From: the human T2T-CHM13v2.0 reference genome, Homo sapiens
Strand: one strand, 5' to 3'
Assembly (NCBI RefSeq): GCF_009914755.1
Contig: NC_060933.1
Length of the DNA: 64,000 bases
Shown here: positions 43,601 through 58,300 of the stretch, piece by piece
Layout: every line of letters starts with the position of its first letter
Numbering within the stretch: the stretch's first letter is position 1
The notes under the pieces: model-generated
Told to the model about the DNA's origin: nothing
The model's input: the letters and a program-made list of their open reading frames with translations, nothing else
The model's database searches: none
Position numbers and translations under genes: made by a program

Positions 43601-44585
43601 CAACTCGATTGTAATGGAATGGAATGGAATGGAATGGAATGGAATTAACCCGAATACAATGCAATGGAATGGAATGGAACGAAATGGAGTGGAATGGAAT
43701 GGAATCAACCCGAGTGAAGGGGAATGGAATGGAATGGAATGCAATGGAATGGAATCATCCGGAATGGAATGGAATGGAATGGAAGGCAAAGCAATGGAAT
43801 CAACTCGATTGCAATGGAATGGAATGGAATGGAAAGGAATACATTGGAATCAACCCGAGTGGAATGGAATGGAAAGGACTGGAATGGAGTGGAATGGAAT
43901 GGAATGGAATGGAATGGAATGGAATGGAATCAACTCGATTGGAATGGAATGGAATGGAATGGAATGGAATGGAATGGAATGGAATTAACCCGAATAGAAT
44001 GGAATGGAATGGAATGGAACGGAACGGAACAGAATGGAATGGAATGGAATGGAATGGAATGGAATGGAATGGAAACAACCCGACTGCAGGGGAATGGAAT
44101 GGAATGGAATGCAATGGAATGGATTCAACTTGAATGGAATGGAAAGAATGGAATCAACACGAGTGGAATGGCATGGATTGAAATGGAATGGAATGGAATC
44201 AACCCGAGTACAGGGGAATGGAATGGAACGGAATGCAATGGAATGGAATCATCCGTAATGGAATGGAAAGGAAAGGAATGGAATGGAATGGAATGGAATG
44301 GAATGGAATGGAATCAGCTCGATTGCAGTCGAATGGAATGGAATGGAATTAACCCGAATAGAATGGAATGGAATGGAATGGAACGGAACGGAACGGAATG
44401 AAATGGATTTGAATGGAATGCAATGGAATGGAATGGAACGGAAAGGAATGGAATGGAATGGAATGGAATGGAATGGAATGGAATGGAATCAACCCGAATG
44501 CAATGGAATGGAGTGGAATGGAATGGAATGGAATGGAACAACCCGAATGGAATGGAATGTAATGGAGAGTAAGGGAGTTGAATAT
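34078..44585 (+). repeat. Copy 1 of a 10,508 bp near-identical tandem duplication
   Basis: Dozens of ORFs recur with identical translation at exactly +10508 (35239/45747, 38846/49354, 42605/53113, 44004/54512). Identity begins at 34078, after the mismatch TGAAAAG vs TGAATAT. Confidence 0.96.
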
Positions 44586-47500
44586 AATCAATCCGAATGT
44601 AATGGAATGGAATGGAACGGAATGGAATGGAATAGAATGGAATGGAATGGAATGGAAAGCAATGGAATGGAAACAACCCGAGTACAATGGAATGGAATGG
44701 AATGGAATGGAATGGAATGGAATGGAATGGAATGGAATGGAATGCAATGGAATGGAATCTTCCGGAATGGAATGGAATGGAATGGAATGGAATGGAATGC
44801 AATGGATTCAACTCGATTGCAATGGAATGGAATAGAATGGAATGGAATGGAATGGAATGGAATTAAACTGAATAGAATGGAATGGAATGGAATGGAACGG
44901 AACGGAACGGAACGGAACGGAGTGGAATGGAAAGGAATGGAATTGTATGGAATGGAATGGCATGGTACGGAATAGAATGGAATGGAAAGAATTGGAATGG
45001 AATGGAATCGAATGGAATGGAATGGAATGGAATGGAATCAACCCGAGTGCAGGGGAATGTAATGGAACGGAATGCAATGGCATGGAATCATCCGGAATGG
45101 AATGGAATGGAATGGAATGGAATGGAATGGAATGGAATCAACCCGAGTGCAATGGAATGGAGTGGAATGGAATGGAATGGAATGGAACCACCCGAATGGA
45201 ATGGAATGGAATGGAGAGTAAGGGAGTTGAATAGAATCAATCCGAATGTAATGGAATAGAACGGAATGGAATGGAATGGAATGGAATGGAATGGAATGCA
45301 ATGGAATGGAATCAACCCGAGTACAATGGAACGGAATGGAATGGAAGGTAATGTAATGGAATAGAATGGAATGGAATGGAATGGAATGGAATCAACCCGA
45401 GTGCAATGGAATGGAAAGGAATGGAATGGAATGGAATGGAAACTACCCGAATGGAATGGAATGTAATGGAGTGTAGGGGAATTGAATAGAATCAATCCGA
45501 ATGGAATGGAATGGAATGGAATGGAACGGAATGTAATGGAATGGAATGGAATGGAATCAACCCGAGTGCAGGGGAATGGAATGGAATGGAATGCAATGGA
45601 ATGGAATGATCCGGAATGGAATGGAATGGAATGAAATGGAATGGAATGGAATGGAATCAACCCGAGTGCAAGGGAATGGAATGAAATGGAATGGAATGGA
45701 ATGGAAACAACCAGAATGGATTGGAATATAATGGAGTGTAAGGGAGTTGAATAGAATAAATCTGAATGTAATGAAATGGAATGGAACGGAATGGAATGCA
45801 ATGGAATGGAATGGAATGGAATGGAATGGAATGCAATGGAATGGAATCAACCCGAGTGCAATCGAATGGAATCGAATGGAATGGAATGCAATGGAATGGA
45901 TTCAACTTGAATGGAAAGGAAAGAATGGAATCAACACGAGTGGAATGGCATGGATTGGAATGGAATGGAATGGAATCAACCCGAGTACAGGGGAATGGAA
46001 TGGAATGGAAAGCAATGGAATGGAATCATCCGTAATGGAATGGAAAGGAATGGAAAGGACTGGAATGGAATGGAATGGAATGGAATGGAATGGAATCAAC
46101 TCGATTGCAATCGAATGGAATGGAATGGAATTAACCCGAATAGAATGGAATGGAATGGAATGGAACGGAACGGAATGGAATGGAATGGAATGGAATGGAA
46201 CGGAAAGGAATGGAATGGAATGGAATGGAATGGAATGGAATGGAATGGAATGGAATGGAATCAACGCGAGTGCAGGGGAATGGAATGGAATCGAATGGAA
46301 TGGAAAGGAATTTAATGGAATCAACCCGAGTGCAGGGGAATGTAATGGAACGGAATGCAATGGAATGGAATCATCCGGAATGGAATGGAATGGAATGGAA
46401 TGGAATCAACCCGAGTGCAATGGAATGGAGTGGAATGGAATGGAATGGAATGGAACAACCCGAATGGAATGGAATGTAATGGAGAGTAAGAGAGTTGAAA
46501 AGAATCAATCCAAATGTAATGGAATGGAATGCAACGGAATGGAATGGAATGGAATGGAATGGAATGGAATGGAATGCAATGGAATGGAATCAACCCGAGT
46601 ACAATGGAATGGAAAGGAATGGAATGGAATGGAATGGAATGGAATGGAATGGAATGGAATGCAATGGAATGGAATCTTCCGGAATGGAATGGAATGGAAT
46701 GGAATGGAATGGAGTGGAATGCAATGGATTCAACTCGATTGCAATGGAATGGAATAGAATGGAATGGAATGGAATGGAATGCAATGGAATTAAACAGAAT
46801 AGAATGGAATGGAATGGAATGGAATGGAACAGAACGGAACGGAACGGAACGGAGTGGAAAGGAATGGAATGGAATTGTATGGAATGGAATAGAATGGTAC
46901 GGAATAGAAAGGAATGGAAAGAATTGGAATGGAATGGAATGGAATGGAATGGAATGGAATGGAATGGAATGGAATCAACCCGAGTGCAATGGAATGGAGT
47001 GGAATGGAATGGAATGGAATGGAACAACCCGAATGGAATGGAATATAATGGAGAGTAAGGGAGTTGAACAGAATCAATCCGAATGTAATGGAATGGAACG
47101 GAATGGAATGGAATGGAATGGAATGGAATGGAATGGAATGGAATGCAATGGAATGGAATCAACCCGAGTACAACGGAACGGAATGTAATGTAATGTAATG
47201 TAATGGAATGGAATGGAATGGAATGGAATGGAATGGAATCAACCCGAGTGCAATGGAATGGAGAGGAATGGAATGGAATGGAATGGAAACTACCCGAATG
47301 GAATGGAATGTAATGGAGTGTAAGGGAATTGAATAGAATCAATCCGAATGGAATGGAATGGAATAGAACGGAATGTAATGTAATGGAATGGAATGGAATC
47401 AACCCGAGTGCAGGGGAATGGAATGGAATGGAATGCAATGGAATGGAATCATCCGGAATGGAATGGAATGGAATGCAATGGAATGGAATGGAATGGAATC

Positions 47501-50500
47501 AAACCGAGTGCAATGGAATGGAGTGAAATGGAATGGAATGGAATGGAGACAACCAGAATGGATTGGAATATAATGGAGTGTAAGGGAATTGAATAGAATC
47601 AATCTGAATGTAATGAAATGGAATGGAACGGAATGGAATGGAATGGAATGGAATGGAATGGAATGGAATGGAATGCAATGGAATGGAATCAACCCGAGTG
47701 CAATCGAATGGAATCGAATGGAATGGAATGCAATGGAATGGATTCAACTTGAATGGAATGGAAAGAATGGAATCAACACGAGTGGAATGGCATGGATTGG
47801 AATGGAATGGAATGGAATCAACCCGAGTATAGGGGAATGGAATGGAATGGAATGCAATGGAATGGAATCATCCGTAATGGATTGGAAAGGAATGGAATGG
47901 AATGGAATGGAATGGAATCAACTCGATTGCAATCGAATGGAATGGAATGGAATTAACCCGAATAGACTGGAATGGAATGGAATGGAACGGAACGGAATGG
48001 AATGGAATGGAATGGAATGGAACCGAAAGGAAGGGAATGGAATGGAATAGAATGGAATGGAATGGAATCAACGCGAGTGCAGGGGAATGGAATGGAATGG
48101 AATGCAATGGAATGGAATCTTCCGGAATGGAATGGAATGGAATGGAATGGAATGGAATGGAATTGAATGGAATCAACCCGAGTGCAATGGAATGGAGTGT
48201 AATGGAATGGAATGGAATGGAACAACCCGAATGGAATGGAATGTAATGGAGAGTAAGGGAGTTGAATAGAATCAATCCGAATGTAATGGAATGGAATGGA
48301 ATGGAATGGAATTGAATGGAATGGAATGGAATGCAATGGAATGGAATCAACCCGAGTGCAATGGAATGGAGAGGAATGGAATGGAATGCAATGGAAACTA
48401 CCCGAATGGAATGTAATGGAGTGTAAGGGAATTGAATAGAATCAATCTGAATGTAATGGAATGGAATGGAACGGAATGGAATGGAATGGAATGGAATGGA
48501 ATGCAATGGAATGGAATAGAATCAACGCGAGTGCAGGGGAATGCAATGGAATGGAATGCAATGGAATGGAATCTTCCGGAATGGAATGGAATGGAATGGA
48601 ATGAAATGCAATGGATTCAACTCGATTGCAATGGAATGGAATAGAATGGAATGGAATGGAATGGAATGGAATTAATCCGAATAGAATGGAATGGAATGGA
48701 ATGGAACGGAATGGAACGGAATGGAAGGGAATGGAATGGAATGGAATGGAATGGTATGGAATGGAATGGTACGGAATAGAATGGAATGGAACGAATTGTA
48801 ATGGAATGGAATTGAATGGAATGGAATGGAATCGAATCAACATGTCTGCAGGGGAATGTAATGGAACGGAATGCAATGGAATGGAATCATCCGGAATGGA
48901 ATGGAATGGAATGGAATGGAATGGAATGGAATGGAATCAACCCGAGTGCAATGGAATGGAGTGGAATGGAATGGAACAACCCGAATGGAATGGAATGTAA
49001 TAGAGAGTAAGGGAGTTGAATAGAATCAATCCGAATGTAATGGAATGGAATGCAACGGAATGGAATGCAATGGAATGGAATGGAATGCAATGGAATGGAA
49101 TAAACCCGAGTACAATGGAATGGAATGGAATGGAATGGAATGGAATGGAATGGATTGGAATGCCTTCAAACCGAATGGAATGGAAAGGAATGGAATCAAC
49201 ACGAGTGGAATGGAATGGAATGGAATGGAATGGAATGGAATGGAGTGGAATGGAATGATACGGAATAGAATGGAATGGAACGAAATGGAATGGAATGGAT
49301 GGAATGGAATGGAATGGAATGGAATGGAATCGTTCCGAGTGGAATAGGAAGGAATGTATTCGAGTGGAATGGAAAGGAATGGAATAAACCAGAGTAGAAT
49401 GGAAGGGAATGGAATGGAATGGAAACTAATAGAATGGAATCAACCCGAGTGGAATGGAATGGAAAGGACTGGAATGGAAAGGAATGGAATGGAATGGAAT
49501 GGAATCAACGCGAGTGCAGGGGAATGGAATGGAATCGAATGGAATGGAATGGAATGGAATGGAATCAACCCGAGTGCAGGGGAATGTAATGGAACGGAAT
49601 GCAATGGAATGGAATCATCCGGAATGGAATGGAATGGAATGGAATGGAATCAACCCGAGTGCAATGGAATGGAGTGGAATGGAATGGAATGGAATGGAAT
49701 GGAACAACCCGAATGGAATGGAATGTAATGGAGAGTAAAGGAGTTGAAAAGAATCAATCCGAATGTAATGGAATGGAATGGAACGGAATGGAATGGAATA
49801 GAATGGAATGGAATGGAATGGAAAGCAATGGAATGGAAACAACCCGAGTACAATGGAATGGAATGGAATGGAATGGAATGGAATGGAATGGAATGGAATG
49901 GAATGGAATGGAATGCAATGGAATGGAATCTTCCGGAATGGAATGGAATGGAATGGAATGGAATGGAATGCAATGGATTCAACTCGATTGCAATGGAATG
50001 GAATAGAATGGAATGGAATGGAATGGAATGGAATTAAACTGAATAGAATGGAATGGAATGGAATGGAACGGAACGGAACGGAACGGAACGGAGTGGAATG
50101 GAAAGGAATGGAATTGTATGGAATGGAATGGCATGGTACGGAATAGAATGGAATGGAAAGAATTGGAATGGAATGGAATCGAATGGAATGGAATGGAATG
50201 GAATGGAATCAACCCGAGTGCAGGGGAATGTAATGGAACGGAATGCAATGGCATGGAATCATCCGGAATGGAATGGAATGGAATGGAATGGAATGGAATG
50301 GAATGGAATCAACCCGAGTGCAATGGAATGGAGTGGAATGGAATGGAATGGAATGGAACCACCCGAATGGAATGGAATGGAATGGAGAGTAAGGGAGTTG
50401 AATAGAATCAATCCGAATGTAATGGAATAGAACGGAATGGAATGGAATGGAATGGAATGGAATGGAATGCAATGGAATGGAATCAACCCGAGTACAATGG

Positions 50501-53500
50501 AACGGAATGGAATGGAAGGTAATGTAATGGAATAGAATGGAATGGAATGGAATGGAATGGAATCAACCCGAGTGCAATGGAATGGAAAGGAATGGAATGG
50601 AATGGAATGGAAACTACCCGAATGGAATGGAATGTAATGGAGTGTAGGGGAATTGAATAGAATCAATCCGAATGGAATGGAATGGAATGGAATGGAACGG
50701 AATGTAATGGAATGGAATGGAATGGAATCAACCCGAGTGCAGGGGAATGGAATGGAATGGAATGCAATGGAATGGAATGATCCGGAATGGAATGGAATGG
50801 AATGAAATGGAATGGAATGGAATGGAATCAACCCGAGTGCAAGGGAATGGAATGAAATGGAATGGAATGGAATGGAAACAACCAGAATGGATTGGAATAT
50901 AATGGAGTGTAAGGGAGTTGAATAGAATAAATCTGAATGTAATGAAATGGAATGGAACGGAATGGAATGCAATGGAATGGAATGGAATGGAATGGAATGG
51001 AATGCAATGGAATGGAATGGAATGGAATGGAATGCAATGGAATGGAATCAACCCGAGTGCAATCGAATGGAATCGAATGGAATGGAATGCAATGGAATGG
51101 ATTCAACTTGAATGGAATGAAAAGAATGGAATCAACACGAGTGGAGTGGCATGGATTGGAATGGAATGCAATGGAATCAACCCGAGTACATGAGAATAGA
51201 ATGGAATGGAATGCAATGGAATGGAATCATCCGTAATGGAATGGAAAGGAATGGAATGGAATGGAATGGAATGGAATGGAATGGAATGGAATCAACTCGA
51301 TTGCAATCGAATGGAATGGAATGGAATTAGCAGAATAGAATGGAATGGAATGGAATGGAACGGAACGGAAAGGAATGGAATTGAATGGAATGGAATGGAA
51401 CGGAAAGGAAGGGAATGGAATTGAATAGAATGGAATGGAATGGAATCAACGCGAGTGCAGGGGAATGGAATGGAATGGAATGCAATAGAATGGAATCTTC
51501 CGGAATGGAATGGAATGGAATGGAATGGAATGGAATGGAATGGAATCAACCCGAGTGCAATGGAATGGAGTGGAATGGAATGGAATGGAATGGAACAACC
51601 CGAATGGAATGGAATGTAATGGAGAGTAAGGGAGTTGAATAGAATCAATCCGAATGTAATGGAATGGAATGGAACGGAATGGAATTGAATGGAATGGAAT
51701 GGAATGCAATGGAATGGAATCAACCCGAGTGCAATGGAATGGAGAGGAATGGAATGGAATGGAATGGAAACTACCCGAATGGAATGGAATGTAATGGAGT
51801 GTAAGGGAATTGAATAGAATCAATGCGAATGTAATGGAATGGAATGGAACGGAATGGAATGGAATGGAATGGAATGGAATGGAATGCAATGGAATGGAAT
51901 CAACCCGAGTGCAATCGAATGGAATCGAATGGAATGGAATGCAATGGAACGGATTCAACTTGAATGGAATGGAAAGAATGGAATCAACACGAGTGGAATG
52001 GCATGAATTGGAATGGAATGGAATGGAATCAACCCGAGTACAGGGGAATGGAATGGAATGGAATGCAATGGAATGGAATCATCTGTAATGGAATGGAAAG
52101 GAATGGAATGGAATGGAATGGAATGGAATGGAATCAACTCGATTGCAATCGAATGGAATGGAATGGAATTAACCCGAATAGAATGGAATGGAATGGAATG
52201 GAACGGAACGGAATGGAATGGAACGGAACGGAACGGAATGGAATGGAATGGAATGGAATGGAATGGAATCAACGCGAGTGCAGGGGAATGGAATGGAATG
52301 GAATGCAATGGAATAGAATCTTCCGGAATGGAATGGAATGGAATGGAATGGAATGGATTCAACTCGATTGCAATACAATGGAATAGAATGGAATGGAATG
52401 GAATGGAATGGAATTAATCCGAATAGAATGGAATGGAATGGAATGGAACGGAATGGAACGGAATGGAATGGAATGGAATGGAATGGAATGGTATGGAATG
52501 GAATGGAATGGTACGGAACAGAATGGAATGGAACGAATTGTAATGGAAAGGAATTGAATGGAAAGGAATGGAATGGAATGGAATGGAATGGAATGGAATG
52601 ATACGGAATAGAATGGAATGGAACGAAATGGAAAGGAATGGAATGGAACGGAACGGAATGGAATGGAATGGAATGGAATGGAATGGAATGGAATGGAATG
52701 GAATGGAATGGAATGGAATGGAATCGTTCCGAGTGGAATAGGAGGGAATATTTTCGGGTGGAATGGAAAGGAATGGAATCAACCAGAGTGGAATGGAAAG
52801 GAGTGGAATGGAATGGAAACTAATAGAATGGAATCAACCCGTGTGGAATGGAATGGAGAGGACTGGAATGGAATGGAATGCAATGGAATGGAATGGAATG
52901 GAATTAACACGAATACAATGGAATGGAATGGAATGGAACGGAATGGAGTGGAATGGAATGGAATCAACCCGAGTGCAGGGGAATGGAATGGAATGGAATG
53001 CAATGGAATGGAATCTTCCGGAATGGAATGGAATGGAATGGAATGGAATGGAATGGAATCAACTCGATTGCAATCGAATGGAATGGAATGGAATTAACCC
53101 GAATAGAATGGAATGGAATGGAATGGAACGGAATGTAATGGAATGGAATTGAATGGAATGGAATGGAATGGAACGGAACGGAATGGAATGGAATGGAATG
53201 GAATCAACGCGAGTGCAGGGGAATGGAATGGAATGGAATGCAATGGAATGGAATCTTCCGGAATGGAATGGAATGGAATGGAATGGAATGAAATGCAATG
53301 GGTTCAACTCGATTGCAATGGAATGGAACAGAATGGAATGGAATGGAATGGAATGGAATTAATTCGAATTAAATGGAATGGAATGGAATGGAACAGAAGG
53401 GAACGGAATGGAATGGAATGGAATGGAATGGTATGGAATGGAATGGAATGGTACGGAATAGAATGGAATGGAACGAATTATAATGGAATGGAATTGAATG

Positions 53501-55132
53501 GAATGGAATGGAATGGAATGGAATCAACGCGAGTGCAGGGGAATGTAATGGAACGGAATGCAATGGAATGGAATCATCCGCAATGGAATGGAATGGAATG
53601 GAATGGAATGGAATGGAATCAACCCGAGTGCAATGGAATGGAGTGGAATGGAATGGAATGGAATGGAACAACCCGAATGGAATGGAATGTAGTGGAGAGT
53701 AAGGGAGTTGAATAGAATCAATCCGAATGTAATGGAATGGAATGCAACGGAATGGAATGGAATGGAATGGAATGGAATGCAATGGAATTGAATCAACCCG
53801 AGTACAATGGAATGGAATGGAATGAAATGGAATGGAAGGGAATGGAATGGAATGGAATGATACGGAATAGAATGGAATGGAACGAAATGGAATGGAATGG
53901 AATGGAATGGAATGGAATGGAATGGAATGGAATGGAATGGAATCTTTCCGAGTGGAATAGGAGGGAATGTATTCGAGTGGAATGGAAAGGAATGGAATCA
54001 ACCAGAGTGGAATGGAAGGGAATGGAATGGAATGGAAACTAATAGAATGGAATCAACCCGAGAGGAATGGAATGGAAAGGACTGGAATGGAATGGAATGG
54101 AATGGAATCAACTCGATTGTAATGGAATGGAATGGAATGGAATGGAATGGAATTAACCCGAATACAATGCAATGGAATGGAATGGAACGAAATGGAGTGG
54201 AATGGAATGGAATCAACCCGAGTGAAGGGGAATGGAATGGAATGGAATGCAATGGAATGGAATCATCCGGAATGGAATGGAATGGAATGGAAGGCAAAGC
54301 AATGGAATCAACTCGATTGCAATGGAATGGAATGGAATGGAAAGGAATACATTGGAATCAACCCGAGTGGAATGGAATGGAAAGGACTGGAATGGAGTGG
54401 AATGGAATGGAATGGAATGGAATGGAATGGAATGGAATCAACTCGATTGGAATGGAATGGAATGGAATGGAATGGAATGGAATGGAATGGAATTAACCCG
54501 AATAGAATGGAATGGAATGGAATGGAACGGAACGGAACAGAATGGAATGGAATGGAATGGAATGGAATGGAATGGAATGGAAACAACCCGACTGCAGGGG
54601 AATGGAATGGAATGGAATGCAATGGAATGGATTCAACTTGAATGGAATGGAAAGAATGGAATCAACACGAGTGGAATGGCATGGATTGAAATGGAATGGA
54701 ATGGAATCAACCCGAGTACAGGGGAATGGAATGGAACGGAATGCAATGGAATGGAATCATCCGTAATGGAATGGAAAGGAAAGGAATGGAATGGAATGGA
54801 ATGGAATGGAATGGAATGGAATCAGCTCGATTGCAGTCGAATGGAATGGAATGGAATTAACCCGAATAGAATGGAATGGAATGGAATGGAACGGAACGGA
54901 ACGGAATGAAATGGATTTGAATGGAATGCAATGGAATGGAATGGAACGGAAAGGAATGGAATGGAATGGAATGGAATGGAATGGAATGGAATGGAATCAA
55001 CCCGAATGCAATGGAATGGAGTGGAATGGAATGGAATGGAATGGAACAACCCGAATGGAATGGAATGTAATGGAGAGTAAGGGAGTTGAATATAATCAAT
55101 CCGAATGTAATGGAATGGAATGGAACGGAATG
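44586..55132 (+). repeat. Copy 2 of the 10,508 bp tandem duplication, including 39 bp terminal homology
   Basis: Matches 34078-44624. Identity ends at 55132 (GGAACGGAATG|TAATG vs GGAACGGAATG|GAATG). Confidence 0.96.
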
Positions 55133-55349
55133 TAATGTAATGGAATGGGATGGAATCAACCCGAGTGCAGGGGAATGGAATGGAAAGGAATGCATTGGAA
55201 TGGAATCATCCGGAATGGAATGGAATGGAATGCAATGGAATGGAATGGAATGGAATCATCCCGAGTGCAAAGGAATGGAGTGAATTGGAATGGAATGAAA
55301 TGGAAACAGCCAGAATGGATATGAATATAATGGAGTGTAAGGGAATTGA

Positions 55350-58300
55350 ATAGAATCAACCTGAATGTAATGAAATGGAATGGAACGGAATGGAATGGAA
55401 TGGAATGGAATGGAATGGAATGCAATGGAATGGAATCAACCCGAGTGCAATCGAATGGAATCGAATGGAATGGAATGCAATGGAATGGATTCAACTTGAA
55501 TGGAATGGAAAGAATGGAATCAACACAAGTGGAATGGCATGGATTGGAATGGAATGGAATGGAATCAACCCGAGTACAGGGGAATGGAATGGAATGGAAT
55601 GCAATGGAATGGAATCATCCGTAATGGAATGGAAAGGAATGGAATGGAATGGAATGGAATGGAATGGAATCAACTCGATTGCAATCGAATGGAATGGAAT
55701 GGAATTAACACGAATAGAATGGAATGGAATGGAATGGAACGGAACGGAATGGAATGGAATGGAATGGAATGGAATGGAATGGAACGGAACGGAATGGAAT
55801 GGAATGGAATGGAATGGAATGGAATGGAATGGAATCAACGCGAGTGCAGGGGAATGGAATGGAATGGAATGCAATGGAATGGAATCTTCCGGAATGGAAT
55901 GGAATGGAACGGAATGGAATGAAATGCAATGGATTCAACTCGATTGCAATGGAATGGAATAGAATGGAATGGAATGGAATGGAATGGAATGGAATTAACC
56001 CGAATAGAATGGAATGGAATGGAATGGAACGGAATGGAATGGAATGGAATGGAATGGAATGGAATGGAATGGAATGGAATGGAATCAACGCGAGCGCAGG
56101 GGAATGGAATGGAACGGAATGCAATGGAATGGAATCATCCGGAATGGAATGGAATGGAATGCAATAGAATGGAATCAACCCGAGTGCAATGGAATGGACT
56201 GGAATGGAATGGAATGGAATGGGATGGAACAACCCGAATGGAATGGAATGTAATGGAGAGTAAGGGAGTTGAATAGAATCAATCCGAATGTAATGGAATG
56301 GAATGCAACGGAATGGAATGGAATGGAATGGAATGGAATGCAATGGAATGGAATCAACCCGAGTACAATGAAATGGAATGGAATGGAATGGAATGGAATG
56401 GAATGGAATGGAATGCCTTCAAACCGAATGGAATGGAAAGGAATGGAATCAACACGAGTGGAATGGAATGGAATGGAATGGAATGGAATGGAATGGAATG
56501 GAATCGTTCCGAGTGGAATAGGAGGGAATGTATTCGAGTGGAATGGAAAGGAATGGAATCAACCAGAGTGGAATGGAAGGGAATGGAATGGATTGGAAAC
56601 TAATAGAATGGAATCAACCTGAGTGGAATGGAATGGAAAGGACTGGAATGGAAAGGAATGCAATGGAATGGAATGGAATGGAATGGAATGGAATCAACGC
56701 GAGTGCAGGGGAATGGAATGGAATCGAATGGAATAGAATGGAATGGAATGGAATCAACACGAGTGCAGGGGAATGTAATGGAACGGAATGCAATGGAATG
56801 GAATCATCCGGAATGGAATGGAATGGAATGGAATGGAATCAACCCGAGTGCAATGGAATGGAGTGGAATGGAATGGAATGGAATGGAACAATCCGAATGG
56901 AATGGAATGTAATGGAGAGTAAGGGAGTTGAAAAGAATCAATCAGAATGTAATGGAATGGAACGGAAAGGAATGGAATGGAATGGAATGGAATGGAATGC
57001 AATGGAATGGAATCAACCCGAGTACAATGGAATGGAATGGAATGGAATGGAATGGAATGGAATGGAATGGAAAGGAATGGAATGATACGGAATAGAATGG
57101 AATGGAACGAAATGGAATGGAATGGAATGGAATGGAATGCAATGGAATGGAATGGAATGGAATGGAATGGAATGGAATGGAATGGAATCGTTCCGAGTGG
57201 AATAGGAGGGAATGTATTCGAGTGGAATGGAAAGGAATGGAATCAACAAGAGTGGAATGGAAGGGAATGGAATGGAATGGAAACTAATAGAATGGAATCA
57301 ACCCGAGTGGAATGGAATGGAAAGGACTGGAATAGAATGGAATGGAATGGAATCAACTCGATTGTAATGGAATGGAATGGAATAGAATGGAATGGAATGG
57401 AATGGAATCAACCCGAGTGCAATGGAATGGAGTGGAATGGAATGGAATGGAATGGAACCACCCGAATGGAATGGAATGTAACGGAGAGTAAGGGAGTTGA
57501 ATAGAATCAATCCGAATGTAATGGAATGGAATGGAACGGAATGGAATTGAATGGAATGGAATGGAATGCAATGGAATGGAATCAACCCGAGTGCAGTGGA
57601 ATGGAGAGGAATGGAATGGAATGGAATGGAAACTACCCGAATGGAATGGAATGTAATGGAGTGTAAGGGAATTGAATAGAATCAATCCGAATGTAATGGA
57701 ATGGAATGGAATGGAATGGAATGCAATGGAATGGAATCAACCCGAGTGCAATCGAATGGAATCGAATGGAATGGAATGCAATGGAATGGATTCAACTTGA
57801 ATGCAATGGAAAGAATGGAATCAACACGAGTGGAATGGCATGGATTGGAATGGAATGGAATGGAATCAACCCGAGTACAGGGGAATGGAATGGAATGGAA
57901 TGCAATGGAATGGAATCATCCGTAATGGAATGGAAAGGAACGGAATGGAATGGAATGGAATGGAATGGAATGGAATGGAATGGAATGGAATGGAATCAAC
58001 TCGATTGCAATCGAATGGAATGGAATGGAATTAACCCGAATAGAATGGAATGGAATGGAATGGAACGGAACGGAATGGAATGGAATGGAATGGAATGGAA
58101 CGGAACGGAATGGAATGGAATGGAATGGAATGGAATGGAATCAATGCGAGTGCAGGGGAATGGAATGGAATGGAATGCAATGGAATGGAATCTTCCGGAA
58201 TGGAATGGAATGGAATGGAATGGAATGCAAAGCAATGGAATCAACTCGTTTGCAATGGAATGCAATGGAATGGAAAGGAATACATTGGAATCAACCCGAG

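Noticed and set aside
44580-44590. GAATATAATCA / GAATAGAATCA as a DUX4 site
   Set aside because: Several mismatches to the TAAYYYAATCA-type consensus, too weak to call.
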